Assembly (NCBI GenBank): GCA_900316075.1 | Contig: ONBT01000008.1 | Span: 664-64,663, forward strand | Length of the DNA stretch: 64,000 nucleotides | DNA from: an uncultured Lachnospiraceae bacterium | GTDB lineage: Bacteria > Bacillota > Clostridia > Lachnospirales > Lachnospiraceae | Reading direction: 5' to 3' | Shown here: positions 32,403 through 41,859 of the stretch, piece by piece | Position numbering within the stretch: position 1 is the stretch's first letter | How the letters are laid out: every line of letters starts with the position of its first letter | Position numbers and translations under genes: made by a program | Notes under the pieces: model-generated | Database searches by the model: none | The model's input: the letters and a program-made list of their open reading frames with translations, nothing else | What the model was told of the DNA's origin: nothing

Positions 32403-33539
32403 ATGAAAGAAAAGAACACTTTCAAAATCGGCGAATATACCTTCACTTCCTTCCACGAATACCGGGACGGAAAAGAGGACTTAAAGAAGATTTCCATCAT
32501 CCAGGAAAAGCTGGATATACAGGATCCGGAGGTGGCCGTCCGCATATACAGGGACATTCGGGACGGCCGTCTCTCCTTCAAGACGGACATCGGAAATGAC
32601 TTCGCCCGCCACATTTCTGACATTGTGGCCGAGAAGTCAAAAGGACTCATTGCCGACCGGGAAGTCGTGGAGGAAGCCGACAAGAGGACCGGCTATACGC
32701 GCTGGATCGGCATCGGGCTGACCTGCGCGGCGGCGGCCCTCTTTGTCTATTTCGGCGGCCAGCAGTATCTGAACTGGCAGCGGACGAAGCAGGCGGAGGA
32801 GCTCCGGGCCCAGAAGGCGGCCGCGATTTCTGAGGGTAGCCTTTCGGCGGCAGATGAGGATGCGGCTGCCTCAATAGTGACGGGCGGGGGGACGAAATTT
32901 ACCCAGCCGGAGCGGGACCCCTTTGCCATGTCCACGGTGACGGATCCGAATGCGGCGACCATCCTGCCCGAGTACGAGACCCTCTACGAGCGGAACCATG
33001 ACCTCGTGGGCTGGCTCACGATTCCGGACACGGAAATCGACTACCCGGTCGTGCAGACGACGGACAATGAATATTATCTGAAGCGGAACTTCGACGGGGC
33101 CTCCGATTCCAACGGGACCCTCTTCGCCGACTACCGCTGCGGCATTCTCAATGCCTCGACGAACACCATCATCTACGGCCACAATATGAACTCGGGCCAG
33201 ATGTTCGGCAGCCTGTCCGACTACTACGAGGACCCGGCCTACTACAGCGCCCACCGGACTGTGAATTTCAACACGATCTACGAGAAGCGGACCTACGAGA
33301 TCGTGGCTGTCTGCCTTTCCGACGTCAAGTACCAGGACTCGGACGACTACCGCTACTACAACTTCATCAACGCCACGAACGAGACCGAGTGGGACGCCTT
33401 CGTCGAGAACGTCCGCTCCACGACCATGTACCCCGAGGACCTGGACCTGTCCCCCGGCGATGAGGTCCTGACCCTGTCCACCTGTGACCACTACAAGGAC
33501 AACGGCCGCCTCTTCCTGGTGGCGAAGCGCATTACATGA
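32403..33539 (+). CDS. srtB: class B sortase with ~100-aa cytoplasmic N-terminal extension
   Basis: GWLTIPDTEIDYPVVQTTDNEYYL, LFADYR, IIYGHNM, LTLSTCD and RLFLVAKR motifs. One TM segment (IGIGLTCAAAALFVYF). Confidence 0.85.
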   Translation: MKEKNTFKIGEYTFTSFHEYRDGKEDLKKISIIQEKLDIQDPEVAVRIYRDIRDGRLSFKTDIGNDFARHISDIVAEKSKGLIADREVVEEADKRTGYTRWIGIGLTCAAAALFVYFGGQQYLNWQRTKQAEELRAQKAAAISEGSLSAADEDAAASIVTGGGTKFTQPERDPFAMSTVTDPNAATILPEYETLYERNHDLVGWLTIPDTEIDYPVVQTTDNEYYLKRNFDGASDSNGTLFADYRCGILNASTNTIIYGHNMNSGQMFGSLSDYYEDPAYYSAHRTVNFNTIYEKRTYEIVAVCLSDVKYQDSDDYRYYNFINATNETEWDAFVENVRSTTMYPEDLDLSPGDEVLTLSTCDHYKDNGRLFLVAKRIT

Positions 33540-33815
33540 ATAATGATGAAATGTAAAGCCCGAGGAAACCATTTTGCCCCGATTAGCTATGAATGCCCCC
33601 ACAACTTGTGTTGCGGGGGTAAAATTTTGCAAAATACAGTGGAAATAGTGGAGAACCTGTTTTATAATATACAAGATATTGTAGGGCCCGGTGCGTCCAG
33701 TGGACGCACGTTTTCGGGCCGACCGAAGCGAAGCGTAGACCTTAGTGTGTGCGTCCGAAGACGCGGCGCTTTATATTATTCATGAGAAACAGAAGGCTTC
33801 ATTCCGCAGAAAGGA

Positions 33816-35426
33816 GTGAAGGCAAGGATGACAGAGAATGTATTTGTCCGACTCTTTAAAGATATCGGGGGTAAGGTTTCCGCAATGAAGAAGGGTACGA
33901 AGATCGGCTGGCTGCTCATCGCCATATCCATCGTCTTTTCCCTGTGGGTGGTCGTGAGTCAGAGCAGCAAGGCTGTGGACCAGGACATCACAAATGCAGG
34001 TTTTATCCTCAGTTCCGACGGAAAGACACTGACAAAGTATACTGGTGGGGCGACAACCATCAGCTCCAGTCAATCGTCATATGACGATGGAAAGCTGCCG
34101 GATACAGTAACCGCGATAGGCACAAACGCCTTTGCAGATTCCGGCGTTGAAGTGATTGATCTGCCGGAGACGGTGACGACTCTTGAGGACGGGGCTTTTG
34201 CCGGGGCTCAGCTTTTGACTAGCATTTCCGTTCCCGGTGTGACTGCGATCCCGGATCAGGCTTTCAATCAGTGTTATGAATTGACTGCATTCACGGTACC
34301 GGATGCGGTGACAAGCATCGGAAGTTCGGCTTTTGCCGGGACTGAAATTACGACAATCAATGTTCCGGCAAATTGCAATCCGGCAACGGGCGCATTTGAC
34401 GGGGCAGAGCAGCTGACGGCGATTACGGTCTCAAGCGGGAACAGCAACTACCGATCCGATGGAACGAATCTCTATAGTTCAACGAAACTGATCCGGGTGC
34501 CGGAAGGAACCAAGACCGCGACAATGGCAGTTTCGGACGGAACGACCGGGATTGCGGCCGGCGCCTTCAAAGGAGCAAAGAATGTCACGGAAGTAGATTT
34601 GCCTGCCTCGGTAACAACTATCGACACCGGTGCCTTTACGGATTCCAAGATATCAAAGCTGGTCATTAATAATAAAGATGCTGTAATAAACGATACAGGT
34701 ACCCTTCCGGCTGGTGCGGCTGTTTGGGGCTACACAGGAAGTACGGCTGAAACGTACGCTTCTGACAATGGATATACATTTGTACCATTAGGCGGTAATA
34801 CCACTGTTGACCCCAACAATGGCGGCAACTCCGGCGGCGGCAGTTCCGGCGGCGGATCTTCGTCCGGGGGCGGTAGCAGTTCTGGCGGCGGCGGATCTTC
34901 GTCCGGGGGCGGCAGCAGCTCGGGTGGCGGCGGTTCTTCATCCGGCGGTGGCAGCAGCTCGGGCGGCGGGTCGTCGTCCGGCGGCAATTCCGGCGGGAAC
35001 ACCGGAAATAACACCGGCAACAATACAGGAAACAACACGGGTAATAACACCGGCAACACAGGCAATAATACCGGGAACAACACAGGCAACAATACAGGGA
35101 ACAACGGCAATACCGGAAATAACGGAGCTACGCCGGGTACCAATACCGGAAACAATACGGGAAATACCGGGACGAACAACGGCGGTACGAACGGCACAAA
35201 CAACGGAGGCACGGCCCAGCCGGGCGTCCGGGTGCCTTCCAATACAGGCTCCACCGGAAATACCCACACGGCGGACAATACGCCGAAGACGGCGGACGGG
35301 GACCTCGATCCCCGCTTCGTCATCGCCTTGGCGGTCTTCGCAGCAGGCCTTGCGACCATCATTCTGAGCCGCCGCCAGCGGGCGGTCATCGTACAGAAGG
35401 CCGGGAACTCCAGGCTGGACGACTGA
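33816..35426 (+). CDS. BspA-type leucine-rich-repeat surface protein with low-complexity stalk and C-terminal cell-wall sorting signal
   Basis: LRR_5-like repeats (IGTNAFADSGVEVIDLPETVTTLEDGAFAG..) followed by a G/S and then an N/T/G stalk. C-terminus is NTPKTAD, a hydrophobic segment and SRRQR. Start uncertain among GTG 33816, ATG 33828 and ATG 33885. Confidence 0.8.
   Translation: MKARMTENVFVRLFKDIGGKVSAMKKGTKIGWLLIAISIVFSLWVVVSQSSKAVDQDITNAGFILSSDGKTLTKYTGGATTISSSQSSYDDGKLPDTVTAIGTNAFADSGVEVIDLPETVTTLEDGAFAGAQLLTSISVPGVTAIPDQAFNQCYELTAFTVPDAVTSIGSSAFAGTEITTINVPANCNPATGAFDGAEQLTAITVSSGNSNYRSDGTNLYSSTKLIRVPEGTKTATMAVSDGTTGIAAGAFKGAKNVTEVDLPASVTTIDTGAFTDSKISKLVINNKDAVINDTGTLPAGAAVWGYTGSTAETYASDNGYTFVPLGGNTTVDPNNGGNSGGGSSGGGSSSGGGSSSGGGGSSSGGGSSSGGGGSSSGGGSSSGGGSSSGGNSGGNTGNNTGNNTGNNTGNNTGNTGNNTGNNTGNNTGNNGNTGNNGATPGTNTGNNTGNTGTNNGGTNGTNNGGTAQPGVRVPSNTGSTGNTHTADNTPKTADGDLDPRFVIALAVFAAGLATIILSRRQRAVIVQKAGNSRLDD
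34818..35215. repeat. in-frame short tandem DNA repeats encoding (GGSSS)n and (NTGN)n
   Basis: Reiterated ggcggcagcagctcgggyggc and aacaccggmaacaat-type units inside the LRR gene. Confidence 0.7.
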
Positions 35427-35453
35427 AACATTTGAACTTTAAAATGAGCATGC

Positions 35454-35491
35454 AAAAGGCTGCGAAGAAAAAAATCTTCGCAGCCTTTTTT
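35454..35491. terminator. bidirectional rho-independent terminator
   Basis: aaaaggctgcgaag-aaaaaaat-cttcgcagcctttttt, between convergent genes. Confidence 0.75.
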
Positions 35492-35530
35492 GGGCATACA
35501 GTATAAATGCTTCAAGGAAAACGTCCGCCC

Positions 35531-38110
35531 CTACTTCGCCTGGTCCAGGACCGTGACGAAGGTGTTGCCGGCGGCGGCGAAGGCCGCCGCCGCATCGCTC
35601 TTGCCCATCTTCTTGGTGTCGCCCGTGGCCGGGTCAAAGAGAACCACATTGGCTGTGTCGTAGGCCGAGATGATGGAAGCCGTCCCGTCCGCAAACTCAG
35701 CGTACACAGGCTCTCCCCGACTCACGTAGTAGAGGACTTCCTGCAATGTAGCGCCGGTCAGGTTCAGGACCTTGCGGTCCGACAGGGTGGCGGTCATGAT
35801 GGAAGAGACCGACTGGCCCTGCTCGAGCAGGGTGTCCACGTCCACATTCTCTCCGAAGGCCGAAAGCATGGCGGCCAGGGCCTGGCCCCGGGAAGTCTTT
35901 GCGTTCGAGGCCGAAAGCTTGCCGCCGGACTTGCCGGTGGACGGCAGGCCCCGCTTCCAGATGTAGTTCTGGGAATTGTCGATGACAATGCCCATCTGGG
36001 TATCCGCGATGGAGACCGCCTCGGTCACGTCATAGGTGGCCGCCACAACCCGGCTGCCGACATAGACGAAGTACTGCTCCTCCACGTCGGAAACCTGGAT
36101 GTCGATGTCGTGGCCTTTGGCCATGAGGACAAGGGGCGCTGTCGAGGCCGAGATGCCGGCCACGGTCTCGTCGCTTCCGAGCTTTGCCATGACCAGAGTA
36201 GCCGAGATCCCCTTGCCCTCGGCGGCCGCTCGCTTGAGGCTCACGGCCCGGTTCACCTCGCCCTCTGCGTTCCGGATGGTGTCCCCGGCCGCCGCAACGA
36301 ACTGCCCGTCCTCTCCCTTCGTGACCCGGGTCAGGTTCAGGGCGGCGTCCTCCTTCTTGGAATCCGTCACATAGAGGCCGTCCTTCTGGTAGGTCATGAG
36401 GACATCGTTCGACGCATTCGAAGCCGAGATGATTTCCAGCTCATACATGGGGTAGAGGGTGAGGCCGGAGGCCGACTCGGTGATGTCGCCCTCCCGGACC
36501 CGCCCGTACACGAGGTCGTCGTCCATGAAGGCCAGCACCCGGAGCTCTTCCCCGGATTCGGGCGCCAGAGTCCGGTCCGTACCCGCCTCGAGGTCTTTGA
36601 TTACTATCGTGCCTTCCCTGCCGCCGATGGCGCCCCCGTCGAGGGCCACATAGCGGCGGGAGTCGGAAACCGCGTACTCGGACTCGGCCAGGCCGTAGGC
36701 AATCGTGTTGATGGCCATGGTCGAGAGGTTGACGTGGACCAGCGAGCCCTCTTCCATGATGTAGAAGTCGTCGGTGGAAGACTTGTAAATGAGCTCGGAG
36801 AAGTCGGCGTTCAGAATCTGGAAGGACTTCTTCGACTTGATGAAGGTCTGCTCGGTCGTGTGGCCGGTGGTGGCGTCGTAGCGCATGACGTCGATGCCGC
36901 AGAGGCCCTCGTGCCGCCCGGCGTTCATGTAGCCGTAGACGACGAAGTCCACGGTTCCGGTCTCGTCAATCGAAAGAATCTTGATGGCGTGCTCGTTCCA
37001 GAGGGCGCGCGCATCGGCCTCCTTGCCTGCGCCCGAATATTCGTTGAACGAGAATAATGTAATGAACTGCCCTTTGGATTCGACGTACTCGTACAGCTCG
37101 CCCCCCTGTACGAAGGCCACAATGCGGCCGTTCTCGTTTGACCGCATCTGGTAGTCGGAGGGGATGACGCCGAGAGTCAGACTGTTCTCGCTGACCCGGG
37201 AGGCAATGGGGGTGAAGCGCTCGGTCATCCGCCGGTCGTAGTCCAGGAGGAACATGCGCTCGGTCCCGTAGCGGACCTTGAAATATTCACTCACGTCATA
37301 GATGTCCCCGGCGTCATCCCGCATGGTATAGTACATGGTCAAAGCGGAATAATTGTCCGAGATGTCGTTCCACTCGAAGATGGTGTCCCCGGACTTCTCG
37401 CCTGAAAAGCCCGCCCAGCAGACGTCGGCAGCCGTGGACTTGATCGTGACCTCGGCCAGGCCGGTTGTGTCGGTGGAAGCCGCGTCCTCGGCCGGCTCGA
37501 TATAGGTGGCAAGGGCCCCGGAGTTTCCGTCCCGGGCCTTCTGGGAGAAGTCCTCCGCAAAGGCCGCAATCTGGTCCTGGTGGGCGTTCTTCGGCATGAT
37601 TATTCTGGTGTAGAAGAAGAGCTCCCGCCCGTCGGCCTTCATATTGAGGACGAAAAGGTACTCGTCCCCGTCCTCGATCAGGTTCTCAAGCTCGGGAGAG
37701 ACCGTCACGACCCCGTCCACGGGAGCCGGCACGTCTTGTATCTTCGTCTCCGCAATCTTCCGGGAGGTATCAAGGGAGCGGATCTGGTAGGAAATGTCGG
37801 AAATCTTGTTCCCGTAAGTCTTGATATTGATGGGCAGAATCCGGGTCTCGTCGAGGGGGGCGACCGCATCCCGCATGTAGCAGGCGTCCATCTCGGCCGT
37901 GTAGGCCCGGAGGGAGCTGATTTCCCGGCCCCCCGCCGTCAGGGAGACCGTGGGCAGGGTGGGGCCGGACATCTCGGACGTCGTGTCCTTCGTGTGGAAG
38001 TTTATTATTATAGAGAATAATATAAGGCACCCCAGAAATACGGCCAACAGCAGCAATACGCGCTTGATCAGTCCCTTGGGCAGGCCCTTGGTTCGAAAGG
38101 TAAGATTCAC
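35531..38110 (-). CDS. hypothetical 859-aa membrane-anchored extracytoplasmic protein
   Basis: GTG start with gaagga SD. One N-terminal TM segment (VLLLLAVFLGCLILFSIII). No family recognised. Confidence 0.7.
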   Translation of the reverse strand: MNLTFRTKGLPKGLIKRVLLLLAVFLGCLILFSIIINFHTKDTTSEMSGPTLPTVSLTAGGREISSLRAYTAEMDACYMRDAVAPLDETRILPINIKTYGNKISDISYQIRSLDTSRKIAETKIQDVPAPVDGVVTVSPELENLIEDGDEYLFVLNMKADGRELFFYTRIIMPKNAHQDQIAAFAEDFSQKARDGNSGALATYIEPAEDAASTDTTGLAEVTIKSTAADVCWAGFSGEKSGDTIFEWNDISDNYSALTMYYTMRDDAGDIYDVSEYFKVRYGTERMFLLDYDRRMTERFTPIASRVSENSLTLGVIPSDYQMRSNENGRIVAFVQGGELYEYVESKGQFITLFSFNEYSGAGKEADARALWNEHAIKILSIDETGTVDFVVYGYMNAGRHEGLCGIDVMRYDATTGHTTEQTFIKSKKSFQILNADFSELIYKSSTDDFYIMEEGSLVHVNLSTMAINTIAYGLAESEYAVSDSRRYVALDGGAIGGREGTIVIKDLEAGTDRTLAPESGEELRVLAFMDDDLVYGRVREGDITESASGLTLYPMYELEIISASNASNDVLMTYQKDGLYVTDSKKEDAALNLTRVTKGEDGQFVAAAGDTIRNAEGEVNRAVSLKRAAAEGKGISATLVMAKLGSDETVAGISASTAPLVLMAKGHDIDIQVSDVEEQYFVYVGSRVVAATYDVTEAVSIADTQMGIVIDNSQNYIWKRGLPSTGKSGGKLSASNAKTSRGQALAAMLSAFGENVDVDTLLEQGQSVSSIMTATLSDRKVLNLTGATLQEVLYYVSRGEPVYAEFADGTASIISAYDTANVVLFDPATGDTKKMGKSDAAAAFAAAGNTFVTVLDQAK

Positions 38111-38259
38111 AGAAAATTCCTTCTTTGTAAATTGTAAGTAAGGTGGGAGCGTGCTATAATACGGTCTTTGCAGAGCCTGCTTTCGGCCCTGCCGGAATGC
38201 GCCCGCTTTTCGGGCACTGCAGACAAATATTATACTGATTTTTATACCTATTTCAAACC

Positions 38260-40356
38260 ATGAGCGCGAAAAGCACGATAAAAAAGATATTCAAGATGCC
38301 GGAGGCCTCCCGGAAGCCGCCTTCCTTCCTGGATCGGCATGCCCTGCTCTTTCATATTCCCTTTGCCCTGCTCCTCTGCTTCGTCATTGAAGCCATCAGC
38401 CGCCACTCGGCCCTGGACTCCCTCCGCTTCATCGTAAACGAGCCGGTGGCCTATATCTACAATTCCTATATTATTTTTGTATTTCTGACCATCTGCTTCC
38501 TGACCAGGCGGCAGGCCTTCGTCCGCATCCTGGTGGCGGCCCTCTTTATCGCCATGGGAATCGCGAACGGCATCATTCTCCTGAACCGGGTCACCCCCTT
38601 CGGTTTTTCGGATATCGGCATGATCGGGGACCTTTTGACCATGCAGAACACGGGCTACATGTCGAAGGGCGAGAGCATCGTCATCATCGCGGCCATCGTG
38701 GTCTTCTGGTACATCATGAAGCGGAAGTTCCACTCCTGCAAGCGGATTGTTCCCCGTATGCCAATGAAGTTCCGCCTGCTGTTTTTCGTCCTGGCCTTTG
38801 CCAGCCTGCCCCTGGTCACCACGGGCCTGCAGTCGACGAGGCTCATCGACTCCTACTTCGGAAACCTGGCCCGGGGCTACCTCGACAACGGCTACCTCTA
38901 CGGCTTCGCCATGAGCGCCTTCGGCCGGGGCATGAGCACACCCAAGAAGTACAGCGCAGACACCGTGGCGAAGATCACGAAGGAAGATGACCGCTACGCC
39001 GAAGAAAATCAGACCGACTTCAACGCCACTTCGGGTCCCAATATCGTCGTCATGCTGCTGGAGTCCTATCTCGACCCTTCGGAGGTCAAGTTCCTCGACA
39101 CCAGCGAGGACCCCAATCCCTTCTTCCACTACCTGGAGCAGAACTATTCTACCGGCCACCTGACCGTTCCCGTTGTCGGGGCCGGGACCTGCAATACCGA
39201 GTTTGAAATCCTGACCGGCATGTCCTGCCGCTTCTTCGGGCCCGGGGAATATCCCCAGAAGACGATTCTGAAAAAGACCGACTGCGAGTCCTTCGCGGCG
39301 GACCTGCACACGGTGGGCTACGGAACCCATGTGGTTCATAATAATGGAGGCAATTTCTATTCCCGCCGCAACGCCTTTTCCATGATGGGCTTTGACTCCT
39401 TTACATGTAAGGAAATGCTGGACATCACGGAGTATAATCCTTTGAATTCCTGGCCTCTGGACTACGTCCTCACCGACGCCACGAAAGAAGCCATGGACAA
39501 TACACCTCAGTCCGACTTCGTCTATACGATCACGGTCGAGACCCACGGGGACTACCCGACTTATAAGGTCTTTGACAACCCGGAGATCAAGGTCAAGGCG
39601 CGGGGAAAAGACGAGGAGACGAAATACAAGTGGGAATACTACGTCAATATGATTCATGACCAGGACAAGTTTCTCAAGTCCTATATTGATATGCTCTCCA
39701 AGCGGAACGAGCCCACCCTCTTCATCGCCTTCGGCGACCACATCCCGACCATGGGCCTCACGGACCGGGAACTGAAGTCCGGGGACACCTACAAAACCAA
39801 GTATATCACCTGGAACAATTTCGGCATGGAAAAGCACGACCAGGACCTGACCTCCTACCAGCTGGTCAGCCAGTACTTGAACCGCCTGGGCTTCCACGAC
39901 GGGACCATGCTTTCCTACAACCAGCGGCAGATGGCGGACGGGGTGGCATTTACGTCAAACGCTTATTCCGACAATCTGGAGATGCTCCAGTACGACCTCC
40001 TCTACGGCAAGCGCTACGCCTACGGGGACGACAAGGACAAGTATCCGGCTTCCAATATCGTCATGGGCACCCACGACATCACGGTGGACCGGGCCTACCT
40101 CTTCGGGGGCAAGCTCCATATCTACGGGGACGGCTTCACCAAGTGGTCCAAGGTCTTCGTCAACGGGCACAAGGTCTCAACCGCCTACCAGTCGGGCCAG
40201 CACCTGACCATCGACGGGGAAGACATCAAGAATGCGGACCTCATCCAGGTCAAGCAGATCGGCTCCTCGGACACAGTCTTCCGGGAGTCGAACGAACTCG
40301 TCTATATCGTCCATTCGAACGCCGCCCGAATGACGGCGATACCCTCGCTGGATTAG
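38260..40356 (+). CDS. LTA synthase family (sulfatase-type) membrane protein
   Basis: Five N-terminal TM segments, then a sulfatase domain with VVMLLESY and GAGTCNTEFEILTG (nucleophile Thr region). Confidence 0.85.
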   Translation: MSAKSTIKKIFKMPEASRKPPSFLDRHALLFHIPFALLLCFVIEAISRHSALDSLRFIVNEPVAYIYNSYIIFVFLTICFLTRRQAFVRILVAALFIAMGIANGIILLNRVTPFGFSDIGMIGDLLTMQNTGYMSKGESIVIIAAIVVFWYIMKRKFHSCKRIVPRMPMKFRLLFFVLAFASLPLVTTGLQSTRLIDSYFGNLARGYLDNGYLYGFAMSAFGRGMSTPKKYSADTVAKITKEDDRYAEENQTDFNATSGPNIVVMLLESYLDPSEVKFLDTSEDPNPFFHYLEQNYSTGHLTVPVVGAGTCNTEFEILTGMSCRFFGPGEYPQKTILKKTDCESFAADLHTVGYGTHVVHNNGGNFYSRRNAFSMMGFDSFTCKEMLDITEYNPLNSWPLDYVLTDATKEAMDNTPQSDFVYTITVETHGDYPTYKVFDNPEIKVKARGKDEETKYKWEYYVNMIHDQDKFLKSYIDMLSKRNEPTLFIAFGDHIPTMGLTDRELKSGDTYKTKYITWNNFGMEKHDQDLTSYQLVSQYLNRLGFHDGTMLSYNQRQMADGVAFTSNAYSDNLEMLQYDLLYGKRYAYGDDKDKYPASNIVMGTHDITVDRAYLFGGKLHIYGDGFTKWSKVFVNGHKVSTAYQSGQHLTIDGEDIKNADLIQVKQIGSSDTVFRESNELVYIVHSNAARMTAIPSLD

Positions 40357-40405
40357 AGGATTGGCGGAATCTGCATCAGACCAGTCGCAATAAAATACTC
40401 AATGG

Positions 40406-40447
40406 ATCAACTTTATTTCAGAATTGAAATAAAGTTGATTTTTTTTG
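40406..40447 (+). terminator. rho-independent terminator
   Basis: 14-bp AT-rich stem (atcaactttatttc / gaaataaagttgat) followed by T8. Confidence 0.75.
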
Positions 40448-40483
40448 AAGTTTATTCCATAATTATTGCAAAAGGAGACCTTT

Positions 40484-41812
40484 ATGGAACGTCAAAAGCA
40501 TCTGAAAAAGCGGGATTATTTTCTGGACCGACTGCTTTCTTACAGGGACAGCGAGCCGATTAAGGTTGTCACCGGCTTTCGGCGGTGCGGAAAATCCAGT
40601 ATTTTGGGGCTGCTGTGCCAGGAACTCAGGAAGTACGGTATTGCGGAAGAACAGATTATTTATATTTCCTTTGAACTGCTTCAATTCCGGTCTATGACTT
40701 ATCTTGAGCTTTATGACTATGTCAAGGCGCACGTTCTGCCGGACCGGAAGATGTATTTCATTTTTGATGAAATCCAGGTTGTGGACCATTGGGAAGAGGC
40801 CGTGAATTCGCTTCATACAGAGGTGGATGCGGACATTTATCTCAGCGGTTCCAATGCGCGCCTGCTTTCATCTGACCTTTCAACCTACCTTTCCGGCCGC
40901 TATATCGAGTTGAAAATGCTGCCCCTGTCATTCAACGAGTTTATTCGCTTTCATGGATATCAGATGGAACAGTACACGTCTCCAACGGGAACGACTGGGA
41001 TTCGCATTCTGGATGCAGAAAAAGCATCTGTCTCTTCAGAAGAGATGCTGGAAGCCTACTTCACTTTTGGCGGATTTCCGGGTTTAGCTGATTTCGGATT
41101 TGATCGGGAGAAGGCATTTGCTCTGATTGACGGCATCTACAATACGGTTGTTGTCCGGGACATTCTGGAACACGAGAACCGGAAGGACAGCGGAGAACGA
41201 AAAGTCACTGACCCGGTCCTGCTGAAAAAAATCGCCTGTTTTATGGCCGACAGCATTGGCAGCAGCATCTCAATGAACGGGATCAGCAACATGCTGGTAT
41301 CGCAAAAGGAGCTTACGAATCTGTCAAAGCAGGGAAAGCCTGCAGTAGCTACTGTACAGGCATACGTAAATGCATTTGTTCAGAGTTATTTCTTTTATCC
41401 GGTAGATCGTTACGATATCAAGGGAAAGGAATATCTGAAAACCCAGAAAAAATATTATATCGTTGATCCGGGACTCCGAAGCTACCTGTTGGGATATCGG
41501 GGGATCGACCGCGGACATCTCATCGAAAATATTGTCTTTCTGGAGTTTCTTCGCCGAGGGTACACCGTTTCCATTGGAAAAATCGGTTCCCTGGAAGTCG
41601 ATTTCATTGTCGAGCGCCGTGATGAGAAATTGTATGTCCAGGTCACAGAGTCTCTGAGCGATGAAGCTGCCGCTCAAAGAGAGCTGGCGCCCCTTCGTCA
41701 GATACGCGACAGCTTTCCGAAGATTATCATCTCGGAAAGACAGCCGCAGGGACTGACTGAAGACGGCATAGAAGTATGGAACCTTGTGGATTTCCTTCTG
41801 GGAAAGTCATGA
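40484..41812 (+). CDS. AAA-family ATPase (AAA_14/DUF4143-type)
   Basis: Walker A GFRRCGKSS and Walker B FIFDEIQ. Lower GC than surroundings. Start set at ATG 40484 with aaaggaga SD. Confidence 0.75.
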   Translation: MERQKHLKKRDYFLDRLLSYRDSEPIKVVTGFRRCGKSSILGLLCQELRKYGIAEEQIIYISFELLQFRSMTYLELYDYVKAHVLPDRKMYFIFDEIQVVDHWEEAVNSLHTEVDADIYLSGSNARLLSSDLSTYLSGRYIELKMLPLSFNEFIRFHGYQMEQYTSPTGTTGIRILDAEKASVSSEEMLEAYFTFGGFPGLADFGFDREKAFALIDGIYNTVVVRDILEHENRKDSGERKVTDPVLLKKIACFMADSIGSSISMNGISNMLVSQKELTNLSKQGKPAVATVQAYVNAFVQSYFFYPVDRYDIKGKEYLKTQKKYYIVDPGLRSYLLGYRGIDRGHLIENIVFLEFLRRGYTVSIGKIGSLEVDFIVERRDEKLYVQVTESLSDEAAAQRELAPLRQIRDSFPKIIISERQPQGLTEDGIEVWNLVDFLLGKS

Positions 41813-41859
41813 CGTGTCAATCCCAATAAGTCACGATTGCAATATTAAAAGCCAAAAGT

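Noticed and set aside
33543-33785. 80-aa Cys-rich ORF between srtB and the LRR gene, and the 111-aa ORF at 2605-2940.
   Set aside because: No SD and odd composition. They overlap promoter-like and hairpin elements, so they were treated as non-coding spacers.
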